Shown one piece after another: positions 41,270 through 54,493 of a stretch of DNA of 64,000 bases. Origin of the DNA: Octopus vulgaris. Lineage: Eukaryota. Within the stretch, counting starts at the first letter, position 1; every line of letters begins with the position of its first letter. The stretch covers positions 117,552,001 to 117,616,000 of the forward strand of contig OX597822.1 in assembly GCA_951406725.2 (NCBI GenBank), in the 5' to 3' direction. The notes beneath the pieces were generated by a model, which did no database searches, was not told where the DNA came from, and saw only the letters and a list, made by a program, of their open reading frames with translations. Both the position numbers and the translations under genes were made by a program.

Positions 41270-41575
41270 TTTACGACTAGCTACTTTGCTTGTTGCAAAT
41301 CAGTGACCGATGGTTGCTTTTTTTTCTATATATTGCTTGCTGGAGCGGACTCTGGCCATCTCTCTAGCGACCGGGTTTTCGCGATTGAGAACGAGTAAAT
41401 TAGCTCAAAACAGAGTCGGTCTCGCGATCCCGTCGTCTGCTGGAGGGTAGAAGAGATTCACTCCCCTGCTTGCAATATATACAGGGTGCAAGCTGCTCCT
41501 ATAACCAGTTAGTGGAAGACCTGCCTGGGGTTACACATCAGTAACATTGATAACATTGAAGGGCCATATTGATGC
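41135..41575 (+). mobile_element. Diverged single-copy relative of the 360-bp structured unit
   Basis: Same motif order: CAGTTACTG, AAATCAG..TTGCTT..TCTATATA, long rod hairpin, short hairpin, GCCTGGGG(C/T)TA, CAGTAACA, GCCATATT. Confidence 0.6.
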
Positions 41576-41592
41576 GGATATTAAATTTACTA

Positions 41593-41642
<50 letters not shown>

Positions 41643-41653
41643 TCTTTATTTAG

Positions 41654-41709
<56 letters not shown>

Positions 41710-41714
<5 letters not shown>

Positions 41715-42195
41715 GATATAGTGTATATTTATACACATAAGGAATCCACTTAACATGAATTCAACACATTAGAAAGAACAGCTAGGTTCTGTAAACCACA
41801 AAAATAACGGATAAAATTCGACAGGAATAAATTTGGAAATGAAAAACATTTACCATCTAGTACCCTGGACCAATTGGTTTCTGATCATCTTTTAACGAGT
41901 CAGGGGGAACTCACAAGGTCTGATCTTCTTCAGCAAGGTCCAACCTAGGGTTAAACATATCCAACAGGAGACAAACAAGATCAGACCTTGTGAGTTCCCC
42001 CTGACTCGCTAAAAGATGATCAGAAACCAATTTGGTCCAGGGTACTAGATGGTAAATGTTTTTCATTTCCAAATTTATTCCTGTCGAATTTTATCCGTTA
42101 TTTTTGTGGTTTACAGAACCTAGCTGTTCTTTCTAATGTGTTGAATTCACGTTAAGTGGATTCCTTATGTGTATAAATATACACTATATCGTATA
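41710..42195. repeat. Near-perfect inverted repeat, ~218-bp arms, ~49-bp spacer (Penelope-like)
   Basis: 41710-41927 vs 41977-42195 with only a few differences. Confidence 0.92.
41862..41939 (-). ncRNA. Type I hammerhead ribozyme, intact core
   Basis: ACCTTG-CTGAAGA-A GATCA..TGATC A-GAAA-CCAATTGG-TC-CAGGGT. Confidence 0.8.
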
Positions 42196-42339
42196 ACTAA
42201 TATATAGTCTTCTGACTAATTTTTTTTTGCACGTTAGACCACTGGAAATGTATATTTTGATTGAATATTTTAATTTTAATTAAATTCCGTTTCCCTTTGA
42301 TATGATTATATATATATATATGCGCTGGTTTTGGACTTA

Positions 42340-42730
42340 CCATCAGTCTGAAGAAGGCAAAGCCATGTTCTCTTCGTCTCCAGGAGAGCCCTATGTCGAT
42401 GTAGACGCTAACATCTTCGTCTAGGGTATGAGATTGGGCGATATCGATTCTTTCGTCTATCTTGGTACCACATTCTCTAAAGTTGTATCGCTTCATTCTG
42501 AAATAAATCAGACGATCGAAAAGAACCGACTAAGCCATCGCAATGAGCGCAAATCATGTGTGTTCTGACAAAGGTCTCACCATCAAAACCAAGTTCAGAG
42601 TCTATGACTCCTGAGTTTTAACTGCCTTTTTATACACTTATTACATCAAAGCTTTGCAAAAACTCTATCAAACTTGCCCCAGGAGGATCTTAAACATCAA
42701 ATGACAGTCTTTGACACCAGAGACCGTTGG
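42340..42730 (+). mobile_element. Decayed RTE-clade LINE fragment (post-RT region)
   Basis: FVYLGTT..EI and GLTIKTKFRVY motifs, RRILNIK*. Confidence 0.6.
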
Positions 42731-45700
42731 AAGAAATAGTACTCGAAAACCGGAGGTAGAGTAATATGCTTTATTAATAAAGCTGCAAAGACATCACAAA
42801 ATCAGTTTTTGTGATGTCTTTGCAGATTTATTAATAAAGTACGCACACATACACACACACACGCACACACACAGACACACACACACATACACACACATAT
42901 CTGTATGTATATAAATAATTATTTGAACTTTAGTAGTGCGTCGTTCACAGTCAGTATAGCCAGCATCCTTCAGGTGACTATAACATGTCAAGCGAAACTC
43001 AGTATATGTAGCGAAGTATTTTATTTAAAACCAGACACCTGACGTGATGAATGCAACACAGTTAGCTGTACAATATCCCACCCGTAAAGGACAGATGCAG
43101 GAAGGGCCGAACCGTTTCCCTCATTCAATCACTCATTATTTGTTTGTGTGTTTGGGTGTGTGTGTGTGTGCGTGCGTGTGTCTATGTGTGTAGTTGTGTG
43201 TGTGTGTGTGTGTGTGTAGTTGTGTGTGTGTGTAGTTGTGTGTGTATCACGTAAGTAGACAGTTGTTGTCATTTTGGAGTTCTGCTCTTTAACGGGTCTT
43301 TTTTTATATCCTGCAGTGTGCCGAATAACCGCCCTCATCATCAAGCAGACTTGGTGGTGTTGCTGGTTTAGACGCCGATGGTCTGACCAGGCAGCAGGTT
43401 GTAATTGGGCCTCATGTTGCCAATGGACAATGGTTAACTCCTTAACTCGACTCCTTATGTCAGTTGTTCTTTATTTTATTGGATTGGCCAACGGGAATAC
43501 CAAATGGCTCTCACTATAGCCTTCGTAGGCCCAACGCAGCCATTAAAATCAGATCAGCGTGTTTAATGTTTCTCTTGGATAGTCACAAATAGACGGATGC
43601 AAAATAAGAAAAGATAGTAGGGGAAAGAATTCCAGAAGGCACACATTCTGTGCAGAAAGAATGGATGTTACGGTTAATAAGAGGAATGTGTGAATAGGTA
43701 TAAAGGTGGCTGTAGGAGGAGAGGTGAATAAGACAAGGATGCTTAAACAGAAATGGTAAGGAGCCAGTCTGCTACGGATTCGATTTCCTCAAAATCTGAC
43801 ATTCGCTTTCATCACTTCTAGACAAATAAACAATAATAACTTGGATTTAAGTCTATTTTACGCCGCTCCTATAGAGTTTTGTGCCAAGTCATACATTTAA
43901 TAATCAACTTGATTTAAAGTTATTGAGTGTAAAGCTCAACAAGCTTTAGTTTCAAGATCTTAATCTTATATCTATTTGTTGGTTTTCTAAAATTATCCTC
44001 TATAAATATTTCCATCAATAATAAAATTTCTTTACAACCGGCAGCTCCTTTTTATAATTCCTCTTGTATGTACTGTACCTGCACAGAGCCTTGAAGAAAT
44101 CTTTCTTAGATATTATTTGTTCATGTTCTAAATAAACAGAATTCATTGAACCATTCATTTCCTCTGCTAGATTCGATTGAAACCCTTTTGGGTATGATGG
44201 AAAGAAATATGTTAATAGGGAGACAGATGATGCTCGTCTACATTTTATATTGGAAAGTAACAAAGAACAGAACAATCAGGTTAGTGTTTCCCGCGAGCTT
44301 ACTGTACATTTGAATATTTCTAATTCCTATATGTTTCTTTGACTTTCTAATGAAAGACGACTCAGTACGAATGGTTATTGTAAAACACAGTTTCTTTGGG
44401 TGTGTTTAATGAAAAGAAAGCATGAAGCGATCCATACCGTACGAAGTAATTACAGACTACGGCTGACAGAGAGAACGGGATTAATCCCTGGCAAAGGATG
44501 TAAAGCACGATAGAAATGAAACTGTGGAGTACACCAGGAAAACAAGTTAATTTCAAGTAAACATAAGTAGCCAAAGGATTTATAGAAAATCGAGTTCGAA
44601 ATACCGACATGGTTCAGCGTCAAACTAAATGTCTGACATTTTGTATACTCTCTGTTTAAACTGACCGCTTAGAATTTAATGTAAACTAGCAGTACTCTAA
44701 AAAAAAACCACGATTATTTTGTAGATTATAAGATGAAATTGTGTATTTTTCTGAAATATTGAACTTTGAAATGATCTAAAAATCCATGTAGGTAATATTG
44801 TAGGCGCTATCTCAAGAATCAACATCCCTGAAAGCGATATTCTATCGTTTTCTATTCTGGGATTTATTATCTATTATTTTCCTCTTTACACCAAGAAGCA
44901 AACAACCTTAACTATGGAACAAAACCGATCCTCCCAGACTAGTAGGAAGAAGGAAGAAAAGTGTTATCAGACCAAAGATATAATGACCCGAATGCTTGCA
45001 AAGGTACCCAAGAACCAGACGATTTTGTTCAAGTAGGCGGTGGATTTAAGTTTACCTGCCAGGAACAAGAACAGTCCATTTGACGGGATTCCGTCTACTA
45101 AATCTCATACAAAACACTCTTGTTTACCCACAGGTTTTGGGTGAAAGTTCATGGCCATGTTGTAGCACTGTGGAGTCAAATTTGAAATCATATAGTTTTT
45201 TTGAGAGATTTTAACCATGCAGGAATGACTGTGCGTAGCTCTCTATTCACAAAGCCATGCAAATGCACAAAAGTTTTAGTAGAGAAATTGAATTTAATTT
45301 TCACTAACCGCAATACAGTCATGTCTTATTAAGAGTTTACTTCTTGCGCCGCAATACTTCCCGCATTTTCATGTGATATTGGCCACCTGTCAGCAGACAT
45401 CAGGTTCAGAATTTCTAGAAAAAGAGAAATTTTATTGCGTATATACCAAGCGTACCAAATCAGTAAAAGTGAAGTGATGCACATATAATTACTTTTTATG
45501 TGATCCCTTAACCTGAAACTTATTCTTAAAATCCTTCATTACGTGAATGACAGCTCCTCATTCTGTAATCAACATTGAGTCGTGAGATCGACCTACGGAA
45601 GTTAAGATATATGGGCAGCTTTAAAGTGAATCTGAAAATGGCAATATTCGTATAGGAAATTGGGAAAATACCATACTTAATTGGACCTCATGGAAAAAAA

Positions 45701-45869
45701 TGCTGATTGTATCCAAACACTTGAAGATTTTCCCATTAAGCATACCAAATTAAAACGAGGCACACGGAAAGGCAACTCCGGAGATTTATAATCCCTTCAA
45801 ATATTCAAACTCGGACCTAGAATCTTTAGATTATTGGCTTTATCTTCTTTTATCTTCTTTTCCTGACAT

Positions 45870-46220
45870 CAGCCATTAGACTACGGCCATGCTGGAGCAC
45901 CGCCTGGAAGGGGTTTTGTCGAACAGGTCGATCCTGATGCTTATTTCTTTTAAAGCCTGGTACTTATTCTACCTGTCCGTTTTGCAGAACCGCTAAGTGA
46001 CGGAGACGTAAACAAGCCAAGTCTAGTTGTCAAGTGGTGTGGGAAACAAATACAGACACACACATAGTCATATATATATATATATATATATACACGACGG
46101 GCTTCCACACAAATTTACTCTAAAGGAATTGATTACCAGATGTTATAGTAGAAGACACTTGCCTAAGACCTCTCTGCAGTGGGACTGAATCTGAAACCAC
46201 GTTGTTGCACACAGCTATAC
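45870..46220 (-). mobile_element. SINE family A
   Basis: Homology to 911-1330. Confidence 0.8.
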
Positions 46221-47994
46221 GTCAAATAATATTTTTGCTTATATTTACAAGTGATATCATCGATATATCTCTCGTAAATCTAAGATCAAAGAGTACCACC
46301 TTCGCTCCCAGTATTTTGTACACAGCCTCTTTATTTATTTGTCTGGAGCAAGCAATAAGGATACTTCATCGTTGATCCAGATTTTGCGACATGGACCGCC
46401 AATGATATCAGAACGATTCACTCGTTTATGAGATTTTATCATTTCGGATAAGCATTATCATTTGTTTCGTAATTCGAAGATTTTCGGTAAAATCCGACAT
46501 AATGGAGTGTAGGGTGATATCGTGTTATAGGACAGTTCCCTGACTGTCGCAAATGAAAGAAATGTTTTGGCAAACAGAAGACTAGTTAAGTGATGGAGAA
46601 AAGATGAAGTTTGTTACTTTAATTGTTATGAATGAAGTCAAAATTGAGTCAGATTTAACATGAAAAAATTCTCTATTGATATCTAAATCATAAATTATTG
46701 TTTACAACTAGTTGATATTTTATTGTTGATAACTCCTTGACATGCTGTTAATATCTAGTTGATATATGTTGATGATAACTGGTCGATATCTTGTTGTTAA
46801 GAAAATGGCGATATCTTGTTTCTGATGAATGGTTGTTATCTGGTTGATAACTGGTTCATATCTCGTTGTTCATATGCAATTATTTTTATCGTACTAAATC
46901 TAGTATGGAAGGTGAATGTTTCATCATCAGAGAAATGCATAGGTAACCTAGTTTTGAATAATTAATTCAAATTAATTAGCATTTATTAAGTTGCTAATAG
47001 AAAAAATACTATTAATAACAGAATTATTAATTAGATTAACTAAACAGATCATATTTATATGTCAGAGGCAGGCAAAAGGAAGCTGCAACATTCTTGTCTT
47101 ACTTAAAAATGCAAGTATGTCCTGAAGGAACAAACCTATTATCAAAAGTGATCCAGTCACGACGATATCGTCCCTTAGGATTACCTTATCCACTTTTCCA
47201 TTCCTGTTCTTAAGAGAGTATGATTTATGACTTGAAAGACAGAACTATTAGCTAATACTAACAACTAGTTCGTTTACATGGGTTCGTTTCCTAAGAGTAT
47301 TACAAGCTTGTTAAACATTGAAGGGTATTAAATAAAAACTGAGAGCGTATTGAAGTTTCTGTCCATTTCTAGGCGCTATTTCTGAACTCCCGTCATCAAA
47401 GTTTCTGAAAATATTGAGGAGTAAAGTAATCCATATTCTTTTACTGGGATACAGCTGAGAAATGCAAAATGATATCGAATGGGATTTAAATCTGTTCGTC
47501 AACTGATGAGAAACTAACCGCTTTTATCTATCGTGCAAGATATAGAATTACAGAAAAGAATATCCGTCGTAATTGAATTTAGAGTTGATTTATCTCTATT
47601 GTTAGTGAAACTTGAATTAACCTGCAAATATGTTAACATTGTTGCAGAGTTATTTTGTGCAACTACGCAAAGCTAAAGGAAAAGTGTTTCAAAAGGAATA
47701 TATCACATCGGAGCAGGGCCGCATATTTTGGGGGAAAGCTCACTCGGTAAAACCAACTTCAGTTCTAGAATATTATTTAGTTAATCGATCATTGAGGAAG
47801 GAGACAAGGCCAAGTCTCTTCGAGAAACATTTGATCTCACAAAGACAGGGACATAAACTATTATAACATCTATTGTTCTGCGTTCTACCGATTCCCCTGT
47901 TGACCCAGTCATCAGGAGAGCCCGTATGTAGGGGTTCGTTCCTCTTGAAAGAAGCAGTTAAATGTCTTCTTGGAATTCTATCTTACTGCTATCA

Positions 47995-48665
47995 CTCCAC
48001 TATCTATCCGCTCAGTCGAAGTCGACTCTTGGTTACTCGATGGATCAGTGTTCTCCAGCCAGTTCTATCGTGGGTTGCTTCTTTCAGATTGGCTTTGGCC
48101 ATTCCCGTGTCACTCTTGATAGCGTCAAGCCGGTGGGTTCTTGGTCAGCCTCTTCCTCTCTTGCCACTTACCATTCCGGGCATGATGTCCTTCTCCAGGG
48201 ATTTTCTCCGCATAATATGACCGAAATATGCCAATCTATGCTTGGTGATCGTAGCTTCTAGCAACAGTTTCGGCTTGATCTGGTTAAGAGCTTCTGCATT
48301 GGTGAGCCTCGCTGTTCATGGAATCCGTAAAAGTCTTCTCCAACACCAAAAGCTCGAATGCATTAATTCTCTTCTGGTCAGCTTTCTTTAGTGTCCAGGC
48401 CTCGCATCCATTTGTTGCTATTGGGAAGACGATTGCATTCACCAATCTGCATTTGGTAGCGAGTCTGATGTCTCTACTCTTCCAGACCTTGCTCATGCTG
48501 ACCATTGCCTCTCTGCCTAGTACTATCCGCCGCCTTATTTCAGGAGTGCAGTTACCATCTCAATTTATTTTGAGCCTAGGAAGATGAAATCATCAACCAC
48601 TTCGATCTCTTCATTATCGATTTTGATGCTGATGTTTGTTGTGGCTGCTGTTGACATGATCTTGT
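47995..48665 (-). mobile_element. RTE-clade LINE 3' end
   Basis: KVWKSRDIRLATKCRLVNAIVFPIATNGCEAWTLKKAD..RINAFE; YFGHIMR; GKRGRG. Confidence 0.88.
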
Positions 48666-49190
48666 ATCTTAACACTTTATAAAAGATGTGGACGTTGGAT
48701 AATGTTATACTAGATAAACTTAGTCTGCAAAAACATGTGAGGATTACGGTTGGAATGCATTTGATAATAGATGTGTTTGAGCAGGACTAACCTGAAACTG
48801 AAAATTAAACCTAAAACTCTAATTAGTAATACTACTTTTATAATATGCATTAGACAACGCAATATTAGTTGTAATATTTCTGAAAGAGATGACATTTTAT
48901 TACTGCTGAAGTGATTTTGGTAATTACTGTTTCATGCTAGGCATTAATACGAAGACAAGTGTGTTAAGTGGTAAGAGGAACACAACGTGATTTGAACTTA
49001 TCGGAACTCTCGCCTACCAAATTTCTGTTCACGTCTGACGATTGTCTCCACCATGGAACTCTGTACAATTAGATGAACGAAGATGTCGAAATATCAGGGA
49101 TTTTCAATTGAAAGTTGAAAATGAATATGTTACGCAGTGCAACCCCTAAGGAGAATACACATGCCCTCTTCCACGGGAACACACACACTG

Positions 49191-49221
<31 letters not shown>

Positions 49222-50739
49222 TGTATGTATGTATGTATGTATGTATGTATGTATGTATGTATGTATGAAGGTATGTATATCTATGTAAGTATGTACGTAT
49301 GTGTGTGTGCATGTTTATATATATATATGTGTGTGTGTAGTATAACGATACATCGTGCAAATATTGTGATATAAGGCTCGAAATGTGGAATGGAGTGGAT
49401 ACGTTTAATAACATTGACAATCTACTTTAATTATGTATATTATGCTAGCAAACTGATTGGCTTTGTAGAGGCTTTGCTGTTACCTTTCATTTTGCGTACG
49501 TCTCCTACTTACATTTTGCGTACGTCTCCTACCTAAATTATAAAAGATTAGTTAAACACATTTGGAAAGGGCTTTGACCGAACTTGATCATAAATGATTT
49601 ATATTTTCTTACACATTTCAGGAATCGAGCAAAAACAAGAATTAAAGCTCGAAAATTGTTGTTATTTAATAGGTTATTTTCGTGTAAAGAATGAATAAAT
49701 TGTGAAATCCAAGATCGAAAACTGATTGATGAAGTAGAAAGGCTGGACTTTATTGTTTTTAGTTGAGATTGGAGAAGGCAATACATCAGCAGCATTTTGT
49801 AAATGAAGTGTCCGTTTGACAAGCGGTAGTAATTAAGTTTTACTTTCCAACTGCGTAAACAGTGACGTGTCTTAATAGCTGCTAAAACACCATCTTAGAA
49901 GTGACCTCTTTTAGAATTCAACATCATTTATCGCTGCAGCTTCATTAATTGACTTAAGAATTTTTAGAGAAAAGCTAATGGTATTTTTCACGACATGTCC
50001 TTTTCCCCCTTTTTCTTGTATGTGTATTGTTTGTGCAAGTGTATGTGTTATAACTTACTGTCAGCTGTGATTAAACTCATTTAGATTTAAACAATGTACT
50101 TTTAAAATTATGTCGTTATTGAAGCCACTCTGTTTTTCATCTCATTTATTTTTAAATAACGAAAAACAATGCTGCATTCTTCGAAAAAAAAAAAATTCTG
50201 TATGTGCTTACAGAGGTGATATGTGATTTTAATATTTGAAGTCTAACTTCATTTATAACAATCTTCTACTATATTTTATTTCGACATACGAATAAATATA
50301 AGGTAGTTTCATTAGAATATTTTCCCTCGTCCTTTATATCTAAATACCACTTGTAAATTGTTTTACTTGAAGTAAATCATTCTATTCGTTCTTTCACCTA
50401 TTCTTTCTCTTGAGAAGCAGCGAAGGAGAGGCAATAAGAAAGTCTTTCCGCAATATTTGTTGGAAAGCTCATTAGATTCTACTTAGAGTTGACAAGCTTC
50501 AAATGTCAAAAGGTGTGTGGTCGATGTTACTGGTCTGTCGAGGCTTCGAATATTTTCTTTGCTTTTACTTATGTAATCAACCATCACTGCTTTGTCAATA
50601 CTCGTGTTTACATATTGTTTTATCAAGCTGACATTTTATGTATGTGAATGTAGCTATGATAACCTCTTACATACATATATAAATACACACACAGACACAG
50701 ACACACACACGCACACACACACACACACACACACACGCA

Positions 50740-50773
<34 letters not shown>

Positions 50774-51765
50774 AATCATGATGACTATCCACCAGTGGCG
50801 CGGAAGTCCATCATTGACCACTGACCATTGCCATGAAAAATGCCAACAATGCCTGTTTTGAAGTCGGGTAAGACCATTCCTGCACAAGATGCAATGTGAC
50901 TACTTAAGGCGAAATTACCTTGTATTTTCGTCTCGGGTCTGTTGGTGGCGAGTTGTCATTCTTTTGGGTAATGAAATGGTTGTCTATCCTATGTCATTTT
51001 GTTGACATCCACCAAATGTAATTGTATAGATTAAATTTCCCGAGCTGCAGGTGAAGTTGACTTCTACTTTAAAGGTTTGCCCACCTTTAAATGTGAATTC
51101 TGATTCTTAAATTAGGTGTAGGCTGGTGTTACAATTTGTTCTACCGCTTGTTCGGTTGGGGATTGGTTTACGTAATTACGTTCCAGTGAGAATTTGTTTT
51201 AGTTTTTTGGGCTAATTTTGATTTTGATGATTTGATGTGTTTCGATATATATATATATATATGTATGGAAACACATCAATATATATGAGTGTCCCTTGAA
51301 ATAGAAAATAGTCTTTTACGATAACATGGTGGACCAGGTCAGTTTAAGCTACCCTACTACTATAATGTAAACTTTTTTTTAACTTATAATATTCTGTGCG
51401 TGTATGTATATACAGATACAATACCAATATTCCACTGACTTTTTAATAATTCCTTCTGGAAACTATCTTTAACATTTTCTTGAGAATGTATATTTATGTT
51501 GTAATCTGTTGTGCCCAATATTTTAATGAACTTGTTAAACTTTTTTATGTTCTTAACATGTTCTTGTTACCAAAGAATGTATATATGTATTGTAGTATTT
51601 TGTGACAACCAATAATTAACATAACCAAACTTTTACATGTTACTTTTGACAATCTTTTTCTAAAAAGTGAAACCGGTAAAGTAAATAAACATCTTTTAAA
51701 ATTGCATTTTCAAACCTTCTTTCGTATATAATTTCACTCGTGCGGTACCTTACAACTCCACTTTG

Positions 51766-51804
<39 letters not shown>

Positions 51805-51934
51805 AAGTGAGATAGGGGATGTGTACTGTATTTGATCTGGATGTTCCTATGTAGTTGGTTAATAAATTATGTGAATTGGTATTATCTGGTAGTTGATGAT
51901 TGATTAAAATATATTCCTCCATTTTCTTATTTTG

Positions 51935-51996
<62 letters not shown>

Positions 51997-52964
51997 ATTT
52001 AATATAATATAATATAATATAATATATATATGTAAGTATGTATATATATACATATATCTTATCTGTTTTTATATTTACTAATACTTAGTGACAAAATATA
52101 GAACATTCTCGTGTTTTATAGAAATAATTAAAAGTTATCTAGTATTTGGTGTTCAGTGTAACTCATCGCCTGTTTTCGTCGTTTAAAGTAATTTTGGATT
52201 CGTAACCATATTCTTCTCACCATAAGATTTCTTGAACATCTGCCAGCTTCTGCATAGACAAACAATATATAATGTGTGAAACATGAGACAGAATTTACAT
52301 TTCCGTTCACTTTATATATATATATATATATATATGCCGGAACACATCAATCAGTTTGTCATATACACTATATGTATTCATGTTTCTGTACAATATAGAT
52401 CTGACACTGATTTCAGCTGAAGAGAAGATATTTTCCCCAATCTTGTTCCATAAACATTCGATTTTAAAATGAATCACATTAATATTAGATTAACACAAAT
52501 CATTTGAATTGCAGTGAAACGCATTTGACCAGATAAATGTTAAGGATAATACAGAAGTTAATCTTTATTCACAATTTAATAATCGTCAATCCAAACATTT
52601 CCAGGAAGATATAACCATGTTGTCACGTAAAAGTTAATGATATCAGAGTTACAGCACCTCTGCGATACAGAAGGGTTCCGTTCCTGAAAATCTTTTAGGT
52701 CACGTGAAACTCTATTACATGGAACCTATTTTCCTATCAATTTCCGTGCGATATGAAAGTCAGGGAATATAGAAGTCCATGGGAAAATACATTACGCTTT
52801 ACGGAACTTCACGTTACAGCAAAACGTTACGCAACCCTTTTATAACGTGGAGAACGCCTTTATTTTACAGATATATCTATGAATTTATGTTGAACGAAAT
52901 ACATGACATAATAGGTACAACATGCGATACGGTAATACTAATTACGTATCTTTGACTGTTTATT

Positions 52965-53330
52965 TATTTCGGTCATTAGACCGTGGCCATACTGGAGCAC
53001 TGCCTTGAAGAACTTTAGTTGAACGAATCGACCCCAGGACTTATAATAACTTTTTAAAGCCTGGTACATATCCTATCGGTCACTTTTGCCCAAGAACTGA
53101 GTTACGGAGACATAAGCACACCAATACCAGTTGCCAAGTGGTGGTGGGGGGAAACACAGACTCAAAGGCACACAGTCACCATATACGGCAGGCTTCTTTC
53201 AGTTTCCGTTTACCAAATTCACTCACAAGACTTTGGTCTGTCCGCGGTGGGAGTAGAAGACACTTGCCAAAGGTACCACAAAGTAGAACTGAATCATGTG
53301 ATTGGGGAGCAAACCTCTTACCACGCAGTT
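52965..53330 (-). mobile_element. SINE family A
   Basis: Homology to 911-1330. Confidence 0.8.
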
Positions 53331-53387
53331 ACAACTTCACCTTTAATCACACAATCACACAGCCATACCTGCCCCTATATACTTATG

Positions 53388-53545
53388 TTTACGTTCTGAG
53401 TTCAAATTCCGCCGAGGTCGACTTTACCTTTCAAACTTTTATGGCCGATAAAATAAAAACCCGTTAAATAAAAACCTGGGGTCGATGTAATCGACTTATC
53501 TTCTCCTCCAAAATTGCTGGCCTTGCAACAAAATTTGAAATCAGT
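53388..53545 (+). mobile_element. SINE family B, 5'-truncated
   Basis: TTACGTTCTGAGTTCAAATTCCGCCGAGGTCGAC.. Confidence 0.8.
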
Positions 53546-53648
53546 ATTCGTTACGTTTGTTTACGTTCTGAGTTCAAATTTCTCCCGCTTCAACATCGCT
53601 TCTCACATAAGAGTTCGAAAGCGAAGTGTCATTTATATACAAGTCTCA

Positions 53649-53881
53649 AAGGCGGCGAGCTGGCAGAAGCGTTAGCACGTCGGGCGAAATGCATATCTGT
53701 ATTTCGTCTGCCGTTACGTTCTGAGTTCAAATTCCGCCGAGGTCGACTTTTCCTTTCATCCTTTCGGGATCGATAAAATAAATACCAGTTACGCACTGAG
53801 GTCGATGTAATCGACTTAATCAGTCTGTCTGTCCTTGTTTGTCCCCTCTATGTTTAGCCCCTTGTGGGTAGTAAAGAAATA
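53649..53881 (+). mobile_element. SINE family B, full length
   Basis: A-box-like TGGCAGAAGCG, B-box GAGTTCAAATTCC; 15-bp TSD TATATACAAGTCTCA (53634-53648/53882-53896). Confidence 0.92.
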
Positions 53882-54098
53882 TATATACAAGTCTCAGTCA
53901 ACCATAGCTATCTCTATGAATAATAAACCTTGTGTCAATCTTTGATTGATTTACTTTTTAATTTATTCTCTCGTCAAAATATAATGTGATTTCACTGCAT
54001 TTTAAATTGTAAATGACATGTAATAGTCATAATGGATAATCGATATTTTTTAATCAATACACGCTGGCCGTTCTTAAGAAATGTCCCTTCTCATATAC

Positions 54099-54493
54099 TT
54101 TTCTACTATGGGCAAAGGCCTGAAATTTGTGGGGAGGGGGCCAGTCGATTAGCTCTACTACAGTAAGCAACTAGTACTTAATTTATCGGCCCCGAAAGGA
54201 TGAAAGGCAAAGTCGACCTCGGCGGAGTTTGAATTCACAACGTAAAGACAGACGAAATACCTATTTCTTTACTACCCACAAGGGGCTAAACACAGAGGGG
54301 ACAAACAAGGACAGACAAACGGATTAAGTTGATTATATCGACCCCAGTGCGTAACTGGTACTTATTTAATCGATCCCGAAAGGATGAAAGGCAAAGTCGA
54401 CCTCGGCGGAATTTGAACACAGAACGTAAAGACCGACGAAATACCTCTGAGCATTTCGTCCGGCGTGCTAACGATTCTGCCAGCTCGCCGTCT
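54099..54493 (-). mobile_element. Dimeric SINE family B
   Basis: Full monomer + headless monomer with different tail; single 17-bp TSD TGTCCCTTCTCATATAC (54082-54098/54494-54510). Confidence 0.88.

Noticed and set aside
51330-51360. CAGGTCAGTTTAAGACTACCCTACT, vaguely like 28S rRNA
   Set aside because: Short gapped match with no flanking homology.
52415-52530. CTGAAGA...GAAACGCA possible hammerhead
   Set aside because: Stems I and II do not pair convincingly.
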